This document shows, piece by piece, positions 53,385-63,018 of a stretch of DNA of 64,000 nucleotides (the first letter of the stretch is position 1; the number at the start of each line of letters is the position of its first letter). The notes below the pieces were generated by a model. The model saw nothing but the letters and a program-made list of their open reading frames with translations, did not search any database and was not told the DNA's origin. The stretch spans positions 224,001 to 288,000 of the forward strand of contig JBKAGE010000038.1 of assembly GCA_046290225.1 (NCBI GenBank), written 5' to 3'. Origin of the DNA: Bradymonadia bacterium (lineage in GTDB: Bacteria; Myxococcota_A; Bradymonadia; UBA7976; UBA1532). The position numbers and the translations under genes were made by a program.

Positions 53385-54413
53385 GTGACCGGACCGGGGG
53401 GGCCTCGCCTCAAGAGCGTCGAGTTTCGCCGGGAGCGAGAGGCCGCCTGGCAAGATCTCGAGTTCCTCGTCGATCGCATCGAAAAAAGCGGTACACAGAA
53501 GCTCAGCGCCTCTGAGCTTACCCGACTGCCCATGCTTTACCGCAGCGCGCTCTCTTCTTTGAGCGTGGCCCGGGCCATCAGCCTCGATCAGAACCTCGTG
53601 CGGTACCTCGAGGCTCTCACCGCGCGGGCCTACTTCTGCGTCTACGGTGCCCGTCGCCACTTCCGCGAGGTCATGGCCGAGTACTTCGGCCGCACCCTCC
53701 CCGAGGCCATGCGGGCCCATCGATGGCACCTCCTCCTGGCTTTTGCTTTCTTCATGCTCGGCGGCATCGCCGCCTTCATGATGACCCTCGCGGATCCAGA
53801 TCTGTTCCACAGCTTCGTGAGCCCCGGCATGGCCGGTGGTCGAGGGCCTGAGGCCTCGACGGAGACACTGCGGGCGGTGCTCTACAACTCGGACAGCACT
53901 GGCTCTGACGAGCTCACAGCCTTCGCCTCGTTCTTGTTCAATAACAACGCCCGCATCGGCATCATGTGCTTCGCACTGGGCTTTGTCGGCGGGCTGCCGG
54001 TCTTCTACTTGTTGTTCACCAACGGCCTAGTGCTCGGCGCCTTCGCCGCCCTCTATCACAGCCGCGGGCTGTCGGTGGATCTGTGGGGCTGGCTCCTGCC
54101 CCACGGTGTCACCGAGCTGGGTGCCATCTTTGTGTGTGGTGCAGCAGGGCTGGCCATCGGCCAGGCGGTGATCTTCCCCGGCCGATACAGCCGCCTGAAC
54201 AACCTGCGCCTCAAAGGGCCTCCTGCCGGCACGCTGGTGGTGGGCGCGGTGATCATGCTGTTCATCGCTGCCCTCATCGAGGGGCTGTTCCGGCAGCTGG
54301 TGGACGACATCGTCGTGCGATACAGCGTGGCCACCTTCACCACGGTCTTCTGGCTCTGGTACTTCGGCACCGTCGGCCGGCCCCGTGGCTTGCGTGAGGG
54401 TGCCCGAGCATGA
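53385..54413 (+). CDS. stage II sporulation protein M (SpoIIM/DUF95) family membrane protein
   Basis: [32 protein letters not shown]. Confidence 0.92.
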   Translation: MTGPGGPRLKSVEFRREREAAWQDLEFLVDRIEKSGTQKLSASELTRLPMLYRSALSSLSVARAISLDQNLVRYLEALTARAYFCVYGARRHFREVMAEYFGRTLPEAMRAHRWHLLLAFAFFMLGGIAAFMMTLADPDLFHSFVSPGMAGGRGPEASTETLRAVLYNSDSTGSDELTAFASFLFNNNARIGIMCFALGFVGGLPVFYLLFTNGLVLGAFAALYHSRGLSVDLWGWLLPHGVTELGAIFVCGAAGLAIGQAVIFPGRYSRLNNLRLKGPPAGTLVVGAVIMLFIAALIEGLFRQLVDDIVVRYSVATFTTVFWLWYFGTVGRPRGLREGARA

Positions 54414-55339
54414 ACGAGAACCCGAACGCTGATCCGAACGCCCCTCACCGGGCCATCGTCACGCCCGAAGGCATCCCGCTCTTCTTCAGCATCGCTCAGA
54501 GCGGTGATCGCCTCGGCGCCTTCCTGCTCGACCTGACCGTGCTCTATGGCTCGGTGATCCTGTTCGCGCTCCTCACCATCGCCGCCCTCGACGAAGACGG
54601 TGGGTGGTTCCTGGCGTTCTTCTTGTTCGTCAGCTTCATCATCCGCAACGGCTACTTCATCTTCTTCGAGCTGCGTTGGAGAGGCAGCACGCCGGGCAAG
54701 CGAAAGCTGGGACTGCAGGTGGTCGACGCCCGAGGTGGGCCCCTCAAACCCCACTCGGTCATCGTCCGCAACCTCACCCGTGATCTCGAGGTGTTCCTGC
54801 CCCTGCAGTTGCTGCTGGCCCCCGACGCGGTCTGGCCCGGGGCGCCGCGCTGGGCCGCCCTCGCCTCGACGCTCTGGCTCCTGGTCTTTGCCTTGTTGCC
54901 TGCCTTCAACAAAGAGCGGCTCCGCGTGGGCGATCTGCTCGCAGGCACTCGGGTGGTGGTCTCGCCGAAGGCCATGCTCCTTGAAGACATCGGGGATCAA
55001 CGAGGTGGCTGGATCAAAGGCCCGGGGCACACCTTCACCGCAGAGCATCTCAGTCACTATGGCGAGTACGAGCTGAGCGTGCTGGAGCAGGTGATCCGCC
55101 AGGGCGTGGATGTCGATCCGCTCACCGTGGAAGAGGTCCGACGCAAAATCTGTAAACGCATTGGCTGGAAGACCCCGGTGAAGGACTCCATGGGCTTCCT
55201 CCGTGATTTCTATGCCGCTCAGCGGGCTCAGCTCGAGCGCGGCATGCTCTTCGGTGAGCGCCTCGCCGACAAGACCGCCGCCCGGCAACGAGCCCGTACC
55301 AAGAAAGGTCCACCGGGCTCGGGGCGCTCTGGGAGTTGA
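54410..55339 (+). CDS. RDD family membrane protein
   Basis: [36 protein letters not shown]. Confidence 0.92.
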   Translation: MNENPNADPNAPHRAIVTPEGIPLFFSIAQSGDRLGAFLLDLTVLYGSVILFALLTIAALDEDGGWFLAFFLFVSFIIRNGYFIFFELRWRGSTPGKRKLGLQVVDARGGPLKPHSVIVRNLTRDLEVFLPLQLLLAPDAVWPGAPRWAALASTLWLLVFALLPAFNKERLRVGDLLAGTRVVVSPKAMLLEDIGDQRGGWIKGPGHTFTAEHLSHYGEYELSVLEQVIRQGVDVDPLTVEEVRRKICKRIGWKTPVKDSMGFLRDFYAAQRAQLERGMLFGERLADKTAARQRARTKKGPPGSGRSGS

Positions 55340-55342
55340 ACC

Positions 55343-56980
55343 ATGAACGATCGATCGAGGCGACTGGCCTCGATGCTGGCCACAGCCACGCTGAGCGCCG
55401 GGGCAATGAGTGCCGGCTCTCCGGCAGAGGCCTCTCCGACGGCCCGTGCGGCGGGGGCCCTCTCGGCCCCTGCTGACGAGGGTGGCGCCGGCCACCTGCA
55501 CGTGGCCCTGGACACCTGGCACGACAGCCTGAGCACCTTCGACCTCAACGGCGACGGCGACACATATGCTTTTGGGCAGGTGGGGGCACTCCGCCTTCGA
55601 CTCGGCGGCGACGTCGAGCTGGGCAAGGGGCTGACGTTCCACGGAGAGCTCGATGCCTATGCAGGCCGTACCTATGGTGATCCCACTGAGCTGGGCACCG
55701 ATCGGGTAGAAGCCCCTTTCCGTGACGCGGTGCGGTTTCAGCGATTGCCCATTCTGCCCCGGCGCTTCTCGCTCTCCTGGGCCAGCCCGGTGGGGGTGGT
55801 GGAGTTGGGTCACACGACGAGCCACTGGGGCTTGGGTCTTTTGGCCAACAGCGGTCAACGAGACGGCCGCCTCTTCGCTGATCCGCAGCGCGGCAACCTC
55901 GTGGAGCGGCTCTCTTTTGCCACGGCGCCCCTCATCGGCCTCAGCGACGATCCGAACAGCTATGCTCAGAGGCTCACCATGGCCGTCGCAGGGGATCTGG
56001 TCTTCGCCGACGCTCAGGCAGAGCTGCTCGACGAAGATCTCAACCACAAGGACACGGCCTGGCAGGGCATCTTCGCTCTGTTTCTCAGGCCACCCTCCGA
56101 GCAGGGCGAGCGCCCTCGTCATGCGCTGAGTGGTGGCGGGTACGTCGTCTACCGCGACCAGGAGTACGCCGACGGCGACACCCTGCAGGCGCTGATCTTC
56201 GACGGCCATGTGCGCTATGTGCAGCGCCTCGGCGCGTCGAGCCAGCTGCGCTACGAGCTGGAGACCGCCTGGATTCAGGGCGAGACCAACCGCCTCGTCA
56301 CCGAGCTGGGCACCGAAGGCGTCGACGTGGAGTCTTCGGGCACGGCCTTCGAGCTGGCCTGGTCTTCGATGGTCTCTGGCCTGCCCTTCGAGCTTGTGGG
56401 CCTCGCAGGCACCGCCAGTGGTGATGGTGATCCCGACGACGGCGTGCTCAACCGCTTTACGTTCCATGCTGACTATGATGCGGGGATGATCTTGTTCGCC
56501 CACGTGATCCCGGCGTTACAGCGTCAGGCGGTCTCCGAGGTGGACGACCCCCTCCGCACGGCAGAGCCCCCCGAGGGTCTGGAGTCCCTCCCCGGCTGGG
56601 GCGGCATCTCGGGTGCGAGCTATGGTGGCCTGCGACTGGTGGTAGGTCCCTGGCGCGATCTTGAGCTGGGCCTGCAGTACATCGCCGCCACCACCACGGC
56701 CCCCCTCACTGATCCGTATGCGAGCTTCTCTGCTGGCGGCTCACCGACCAACCCTTTCGGGGGCAATGGCTCTGGCAGTCTGGGTCAGGAGTTCAACGTG
56801 GCCGCACGTTATGCCTTCGAGCTGCCCGTGCTCGATGGACTCGCCGGGCAGTTTCGGCTGACCTACGGCGCCTTCCTCCCTGGCGAGGTCCTCGAAGGTC
56901 CCGAGGGCAAGATGGGCACCGTGCACCTCGCTCAGGCGGCCCTGTCCTTCGATTGTGACTGCGTCGGAGGTGATCGATGA
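55343..56980 (+). CDS. putative outer-membrane beta-barrel (alginate-export-like)
   Basis: Signal peptide, SHWGLGLLANSG, ASGDGDPDDG..NRFTFHADY, LGQEFN. Confidence 0.7.
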   Translation: MNDRSRRLASMLATATLSAGAMSAGSPAEASPTARAAGALSAPADEGGAGHLHVALDTWHDSLSTFDLNGDGDTYAFGQVGALRLRLGGDVELGKGLTFHGELDAYAGRTYGDPTELGTDRVEAPFRDAVRFQRLPILPRRFSLSWASPVGVVELGHTTSHWGLGLLANSGQRDGRLFADPQRGNLVERLSFATAPLIGLSDDPNSYAQRLTMAVAGDLVFADAQAELLDEDLNHKDTAWQGIFALFLRPPSEQGERPRHALSGGGYVVYRDQEYADGDTLQALIFDGHVRYVQRLGASSQLRYELETAWIQGETNRLVTELGTEGVDVESSGTAFELAWSSMVSGLPFELVGLAGTASGDGDPDDGVLNRFTFHADYDAGMILFAHVIPALQRQAVSEVDDPLRTAEPPEGLESLPGWGGISGASYGGLRLVVGPWRDLELGLQYIAATTTAPLTDPYASFSAGGSPTNPFGGNGSGSLGQEFNVAARYAFELPVLDGLAGQFRLTYGAFLPGEVLEGPEGKMGTVHLAQAALSFDCDCVGGDR

Positions 56981-59900
56981 ACCGCACCGCACGACACGGC
57001 GCCCTCGCCCTGGCTCTGATCTGCGCCACGGCCTGCACCGAGACCTTCGACAACCGCCCCGAAGGGCTGCGCCTCACCTCCTCTGGTGGCGGCCCGAAGG
57101 TGATCTTCGATCCCGAGGCCCGGCCTCTGCCTGAGATCCCTTTTCCCAATGACGTGGCCACCCGCATCGATCCCACGAGCCCCACGGGGCGCCGGGTGAA
57201 CTTCCCGATCCTCGGGGAGACGCTCCGAGAGTCGGCCCTGCGGGAGAAAGCCAACAAGCTCGACGGCTTTGGCCTCTTCGCCCCCATCACGGTGCAGTTT
57301 GACGCCCCCATCGACGTGGTCGATTTGCAGGCCCGGCACAACAACCACGATCTCATCGACGACGCCATCTACCTGGTGAACGTCGACCCTGACAGCCCGG
57401 GCTTCGGGGAGCGCGTGCAGCTCGACATCGGGGCCAACGCGCCCCTGCCCGAGGCGATGCGGATCCACCCCGAGCAGCGCGCCCCCACCGCAGGCCGGTT
57501 CCCTGTGGCCCTCGATCGGCCCAGCCAGTACTTCGATCATGATCCTCGAACTGGATCCTCCACCCTCGTCTTCGAGACCCGATTCGAATTCGACGAGGAC
57601 AACGACGGGGTGCTCGACGACGCGGAAGACACGGACGGCGACGGGGTATTCGACCGCCCGAACACCATCGACGGCGAGGCCTACGCACCGGGCAGCATCG
57701 AAGAGGTGGACGCGGTGCTCTCGTTCTACGAGCGGGAGACCAACACCCTCATCATCCGCACGGTGATGCCCCTACGAGAGGCCACCACCTACGCCGTGGT
57801 GCTGTCGAAGTTCGTCACCGACGAGCAGGGCCGCCCCATCGAGTCCCCCTTCGACTTCATCAACCACACCCGCCAGAGCAAAGCCCTTGAGCCCCTGCCC
57901 GAGGTGCTGCCTCAGTACGGCCTGAACATGCGAGATGTGGCCTTCGCCTGGACCTTCACCACCCAGAGCGCCACCCTCGAGATGCAGATGATTCGCCGTG
58001 GCCTCTACGCTGATGGCCCCCTCAGCTGGCTGAGCGAGCGCTTCCCCGCTCGCCTCGACGCCCTCTGGAGTTGGACTGATGACGAGGCCCTCGCAGCCTG
58101 TGAGGAGGCGGCCAACGGCAACCCCGATCGCCTCGCCCGCTGCGAGCACCCCTACGGCGTGAAGGTGCTCACCGCGGAGAAGCTCAGGGCGATCGTGGGC
58201 CCGCTGGGATCTCAGCTCGTCGATGATCCCAGCCCCCTCGTCGACGCGTATCGCTATGTGGATTACATGATCGCGGGCACCTTCATCTCCCCCGACTTCC
58301 TCACGGATCGCGACGGCTACGCCGACGAGTTCCACCCCCAAAACGACGATGAGAGCTTCGAGATCGATCTCGCCAAGGGTGACGCCGTCGTCGGCGACGG
58401 CAAGGTGACTTTCTGGTGCACGATCCCCAAGAGCCTCGAGTACACCGATCTCGACGGCACCGTGCGCCGTCATGAGCCCCCCTTCCCCGTGGTGCTCTAC
58501 GGCCATGGGTACGGCGGCAGCCGCCTCGAGATGCTGGGCTTCGCCGGGCATCACGCCCGCTTCGGCCTGGCCACCTGCGCCACCGACGCTGTGGGCCACG
58601 GCCTCACGCTGCCTCAAGACCTGCTCGATCTCGCCACCAACCTGCTCCCGAACCTGGTGCAGCGCGACGGGATGGCGGTCGAGCCGGTGGTGCACAACAT
58701 CACCGAGGGCCGCCACCGCGATCTCAACAACGACGGCATCCGCGACTCCGGCGGCGATTTCTGGACAGAAGATGTGTTCCACACGCGGGACATGGTGCGT
58801 CAGAGCGCTGTGGACTGGCTGCAGCTGGTGCGGGTGCTGCGCAGCTTCGACGGCACCCGGGAGAGCGCCGTGGATCGGGACGGCGACGATGTGCCCGACG
58901 GCCTCGCTGGCGACTTCAATGGCGACGGCGTCGTCGATCTCGGCGGCCCCAGCAACGACTACTTCGCCTGGGGCCAGAGCCTCGGTGGCATCATGAGCGT
59001 GCTGGCCCCCGCCGTCGAGCCCTCCATGGTGGCCGTGGCCCCCACCGCCGGCGGCGCCGGTCTCATCGACATCGCCGTGCGATCCATCGACTCCGCGGTC
59101 CCCCGGGTGGTGGTCTTGCGGATGATGGGCCCCATGATCCTCGGCGATCCGATCAACGACGAAGAGGGCAACCCCACGGGCCGCTACCAGCTCAACTGGC
59201 TGGTCCCCAACACCTCGCCCCCGGCGAGCACGCCCAGGGCCCGTCGGATCCCCATCGCCGAGGTGCAGCTGAACCCTGGAGAGATCTTCTCAGCCCGCAA
59301 CCTGACCCGAGAGCGCCGAGCAGAGATCCCAGCGCCGGATCGCCACTTCGCCGTGGTGAAGCCCGAGGGCTTCCGCGTGCACTACGCCGCCGACGCCTGG
59401 AGCAGCTCCGACAAGCGCGCTCTGCTCGGCCTGAAGCCTGAAGAGGAAGGCTTCGAGCCGCTCCGCATGACTGAGGCGCAGGTCCTCGAATCAGGCGACG
59501 AGTTCATCTTCGAGGTCTACTCGCCCACCGAGCTCGATGTGCCCCGCCTCGTGGTGGACGCCTGGGGCGCCGACGCGGAGTGGCAAGGGGCCATCTACCC
59601 CGAGGGCAGCCCCATCGTGGCCACGGGCTCGGGCTATGGCCACGAGCGCCAGAGCTCTGATCTGAGGCGGTTCTTCAACATCGCCCAGGCCATCCTCGAC
59701 GCAGGAGATCCAGCGGCCTACGGGGTGCGCTACACCCGTGATCCCATCGACATGTCCGATCTCGAGCCCGACCGGCTCACGGAGACCCGGGCCCTGGTGG
59801 TGTCGACCACGGGTGATCAAAACGTGCCCATCAACACTGGCATTGCCCTGGCCCGGGTGATGGGCATCATCGACACCGAGAAGCCCCGTGGCGATCTGTT

Positions 59901-60342
59901 CGGCCTCACCGAGGACGAGTTCCTCATGGCAGTGGGCGCCTACGAGGGCACAGTGCAGTACCCCCGCTGGTGGGATGACGAGGGCCCGTACAACTTCGAC
60001 GTCGATGATCTCGACAACGGCCGCGACGGTTATGTGAACGACCCCCGGGGGAACTTCAAGCTGCGCCTCACTAAGCCCACACCTCAAGGGGGCCTCACGG
60101 CGCTGCGCATGCCATACATGGGCCGCTCCAACCGCGTGAGCGGCGTCGACGCCCACGGCATCGACGCCTCGACGCCGAGCCGCGACTTCGACATCAGCAC
60201 CTTCATGGCCAACCAGATCAGCTTGTACTTCTTGAAGCGCGGCCAGGGGCTCACCGCCCGACAGCTCGACGCCCCCTGTCTTCAGTTCCTGGGCAACGAT
60301 CCCCGTAGCTGCCCGATCGCCCCGCTGTATCCTGAGGACTGA
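56977..60342 (+). CDS. large lipoprotein alpha/beta hydrolase (Pla-1/cef-like lipase)
   Basis: Lipobox ATAC, PFPND, LDGFG, VLYGHG, DAVGHG, nucleophile elbow GQSLG, candidate catalytic Asp (GDQNVP) and His (DAHG). Confidence 0.85.
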   Translation: MNRTARHGALALALICATACTETFDNRPEGLRLTSSGGGPKVIFDPEARPLPEIPFPNDVATRIDPTSPTGRRVNFPILGETLRESALREKANKLDGFGLFAPITVQFDAPIDVVDLQARHNNHDLIDDAIYLVNVDPDSPGFGERVQLDIGANAPLPEAMRIHPEQRAPTAGRFPVALDRPSQYFDHDPRTGSSTLVFETRFEFDEDNDGVLDDAEDTDGDGVFDRPNTIDGEAYAPGSIEEVDAVLSFYERETNTLIIRTVMPLREATTYAVVLSKFVTDEQGRPIESPFDFINHTRQSKALEPLPEVLPQYGLNMRDVAFAWTFTTQSATLEMQMIRRGLYADGPLSWLSERFPARLDALWSWTDDEALAACEEAANGNPDRLARCEHPYGVKVLTAEKLRAIVGPLGSQLVDDPSPLVDAYRYVDYMIAGTFISPDFLTDRDGYADEFHPQNDDESFEIDLAKGDAVVGDGKVTFWCTIPKSLEYTDLDGTVRRHEPPFPVVLYGHGYGGSRLEMLGFAGHHARFGLATCATDAVGHGLTLPQDLLDLATNLLPNLVQRDGMAVEPVVHNITEGRHRDLNNDGIRDSGGDFWTEDVFHTRDMVRQSAVDWLQLVRVLRSFDGTRESAVDRDGDDVPDGLAGDFNGDGVVDLGGPSNDYFAWGQSLGGIMSVLAPAVEPSMVAVAPTAGGAGLIDIAVRSIDSAVPRVVVLRMMGPMILGDPINDEEGNPTGRYQLNWLVPNTSPPASTPRARRIPIAEVQLNPGEIFSARNLTRERRAEIPAPDRHFAVVKPEGFRVHYAADAWSSSDKRALLGLKPEEEGFEPLRMTEAQVLESGDEFIFEVYSPTELDVPRLVVDAWGADAEWQGAIYPEGSPIVATGSGYGHERQSSDLRRFFNIAQAILDAGDPAAYGVRYTRDPIDMSDLEPDRLTETRALVVSTTGDQNVPINTGIALARVMGIIDTEKPRGDLFGLTEDEFLMAVGAYEGTVQYPRWWDDEGPYNFDVDDLDNGRDGYVNDPRGNFKLRLTKPTPQGGLTALRMPYMGRSNRVSGVDAHGIDASTPSRDFDISTFMANQISLYFLKRGQGLTARQLDAPCLQFLGNDPRSCPIAPLYPED

Positions 60343-60386
60343 TTCCAACCCCTCAGTAAAAAACACGGAATACATGGCCCGCCTCG

Positions 60387-61010
60387 ATGGTGGTCCAGCT
60401 CGGCATCAAACCTCAGAAACGCGCCTCCTGGCCCTGTTATCACATCCTGGCGTGGAGGCGGCATGACGTGCCCGCGGCAGTGTTGGTTTTCACTCCCAGT
60501 CAGGCTGTGGCCGATTGGGCTGCGGAGCCGGTCAAGATGGGCTTTGGTCAGACTTACTGCCCGATCGTGGTGGGACCTGACGGCATACCGCGCATCGAGG
60601 CGCCAGATGTGGCCATTCAAGTACCACAGCTTGCATTGCTCTCGGCTCTGGCTCATGGGAACCGAAAACACAGTCGACCAGTGCTCGAAGCGTGTATCGA
60701 GTCGTGGGCGAGCCTCGACGAGGGCCAGGTGACCGACTACCATGATCTATTGTTGATGCAGCTCAATGCAGCAGTTCGAAAGGTGCTCCACACCATGCTC
60801 AAAGAACGCAAGCGTGCATACCTGTCCGATACGTTCAACGATCTCGTTGACCAAGGCAAAAGGCAGACACTGCTCAAACTGGCACAGCTCAAGTTCGGCG
60901 AATTGACAGCGGAGCAAGAAACACGCGTTCGGCAGGCGGACGGTGAAATGCTCGAACGCTGGACCGAGAGCATCCTCACCGCCGAGACCGCTGACGACCT
61001 CTTCAACTGA
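60387..61010 (+). pseudogene. N-terminally truncated Rpn/YhgA-like PD-(D/E)XK protein with a DUF4351-like tail
   Basis: Begins at VVQL...KRASWPCY, a mid-domain motif with the usual EVQ degenerate; LALLSALAHG; QLKFGEL...LERWTESILTAET. Confidence 0.6.
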
Positions 61011-61016
61011 GCCTGC

Positions 61017-61688
61017 TCACCCGAAGTCTCGAGCCAACCCACGAATTTTGTGCTGCCAGTTGTAGACCACCTGTGTGTTTACCCCGAGGGCCTTCGCGGC
61101 ATCTGCCGGTGAGCACCCATCGACGTAGAGCGCTCTCAGAACGAGACGACCACGCTCGGGCAGTTGGGCGTCCAGATGGGCGAAGAGTGCCTTAGCTTCA
61201 GAGCGAGCAGCCACCTGACGCTCTGGATCTACCTGCTCGTCGGCGATTTGGCCCATGACCTCGGGGTTCACCGCCTTCTGGTCCCCTCCGCGCTTTTGAG
61301 CCAGGCGTTTGCGCAAGATGCTCACCACCGTGCGCTCGGTCACCACCCCAACATAGCCCTCAAAGCTGGCCCCACGATCAGGCTCGAAGGCCATCAGGCG
61401 CTTCCCGCTCTCTTCGAGCAAAGCCAGCCAGACCTCCTGGGCATACTCGTCTCTCACGTCAGAGGCTACAGGTCGACGCCAATGACGCCGTAGGGTGTAA
61501 CCCACCTGCGCCCGAACCACCGGCAACAGACGGCGGACCAGGCGGCGCATGGCCAGGGTGTTGCCCGAGAGGGCATCCCGCACCAGCGCAGCGTCGGCTT
61601 CGGGGTCTGAGGTTTGGCGTTCGTCGCGGCCTGCAGCCCCCACTGCCGCGGCGAACAACCCCAATATCCAGGAGAAGATGAGGGTCAT
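61017..61688 (-). CDS. ECF-type RNA polymerase sigma factor
   Basis: Region 2 (DEYAQEVWLALL...FEPDRGASFEGY) and region 4 (LPERGRLVLRALYVDG...AAKALG...VYNW). Confidence 0.9.
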   Translation of the reverse strand: MTLIFSWILGLFAAAVGAAGRDERQTSDPEADAALVRDALSGNTLAMRRLVRRLLPVVRAQVGYTLRRHWRRPVASDVRDEYAQEVWLALLEESGKRLMAFEPDRGASFEGYVGVVTERTVVSILRKRLAQKRGGDQKAVNPEVMGQIADEQVDPERQVAARSEAKALFAHLDAQLPERGRLVLRALYVDGCSPADAAKALGVNTQVVYNWQHKIRGLARDFG

Positions 61689-62593
61689 CAGGGCGGCTGC
61701 TCTCCTCGATAGGTGACGGGGATCTCGATCCAGCGCAGGGCGCTGTTCTCTCGGGCATTTTTGGCGGTGGTGCCTGCGAGCCCCTCGAGGCCCTTCGCTT
61801 CTTTGGCCAGGGCGACATACACGAAGCGCTTGCCGGTGCGCGTACCGAAGATCGCACCGGCTTTGGCCTTGAGCAAGAAGGCGCCCTTGCGCTCCTTGAT
61901 CTCGGTGGTGACGGCCTTCAGGCCCTCAGGGGTGTCAACAAAGACCTGCAGCGCGGGTGCCTTCCCGTCTGGGGCTTGCTCGGGCTTCAGGGTGATACGG
62001 ATCTCGCTCACAGCGTCGAAGATGCGCTTGGCGTGGGGGTCCTCCTCGCCACGGATCTCTTGAATCATGCCCTGAACGGCGGCGACCTGGTAAGGCGAAG
62101 GCGGGGGCAGGCTGTCGGGGCGCATCAGCACCAGCACCAGGGCAGCAGCGGCGGCGATCACCCCGCTCCCGGCCCACGTGGTCCACCTTTTGGGAAACGG
62201 CACCACATTGCTGGGGCCCTCCTTGATGTTGGACGCTTCGCTGGAAGAAACAGCCTTTGCGATTCCGGCGCCTTCACCTTCGAGGAGGGTGTCGGAGTTG
62301 ACCTGTTTCTCGATCTCGCCCACGGCCCACTGCTCCATGTCGCCAAGGGGCGCATCGAGGTCGTAGAGCATGGCTCTGGCGGCAGGATCTTCGACGAGCG
62401 CCTGCTCCACCTCGGCGGCCTCTTCGTCGCTGAGCGTGCCAGCCCGTAGAGCGAGGATGGTCTCGAGGGGTACCCCCTCGCCCTCTGGCTCAGCCGCTTC
62501 TTCATCTGGTGACGATGGCAAGTCTTCGAGCACGCCACCGAGGGCCCGGAGTCGGGCGTCGAGGGCTTCGTCGTTGGGTGTGTGCTCGGTCAT
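61688..62593 (-). CDS. putative membrane-anchored anti-sigma factor
   Basis: GTLSDEEAAEVEQAL (ZAS-like, without Cys/His), NVVPFP, one TM segment, extracytoplasmic domain; TGATG coupling to the sigma gene. Confidence 0.75.
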   Translation of the reverse strand: MTEHTPNDEALDARLRALGGVLEDLPSSPDEEAAEPEGEGVPLETILALRAGTLSDEEAAEVEQALVEDPAARAMLYDLDAPLGDMEQWAVGEIEKQVNSDTLLEGEGAGIAKAVSSSEASNIKEGPSNVVPFPKRWTTWAGSGVIAAAAALVLVLMRPDSLPPPSPYQVAAVQGMIQEIRGEEDPHAKRIFDAVSEIRITLKPEQAPDGKAPALQVFVDTPEGLKAVTTEIKERKGAFLLKAKAGAIFGTRTGKRFVYVALAKEAKGLEGLAGTTAKNARENSALRWIEIPVTYRGEQPP

Positions 62594-62709
62594 GGCGCGT
62601 TCCTTTTGGACCCTGCACGGGCCCACCGGCAGTCTGACACATTCTGACGATGGGCTCACCTTCTGTGGGTGAGCTCACTGGGATCTACGTGAAATGGGGT
62701 GGTGCTCTT

Positions 62710-63018
62710 TTGGTAAGAGAGAGTTTGTCGGGCACGGGCACGGGCACGGGCACGAGTTGATACATATTCTGACCCGTGGCCCTTCCTGAACTCAGGGCGA
62801 AGGTTACAACTGAAGCTGAGATGATGTGTTGTTGAACGACCTGAGAGTTCAGGTCTTGGGGTGTATGGAGGCCAAAAGTCGCACTGAGCAAAGCGTGGGG
62901 CTGGATGAAGGCTCCACCATCACAAACCCATGAGCGGAGTCATATAGGACAACGGGTCCAGATATGTATCAACTCGTGCCCGTGCCCGTGCCCGTGCCCG
63001 TGCCCGAAAAACTCTCTA
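62710..63018 (-). mobile_element. non-coding (GGGCAC)n inverted-repeat element, copy 2
   Basis: Arms with 4 and 5 hexamers plus GAGTTGATACATAT/ATATGTATCAACTC; core homologous to 32747-33160 in reverse orientation. Confidence 0.8.

Noticed and set aside
53385..54413. Evidence of endospore formation (SpoIIM, SpsF names)
   Set aside because: Both families are widespread in non-sporulating bacteria, and no sporulation-specific genes are present.
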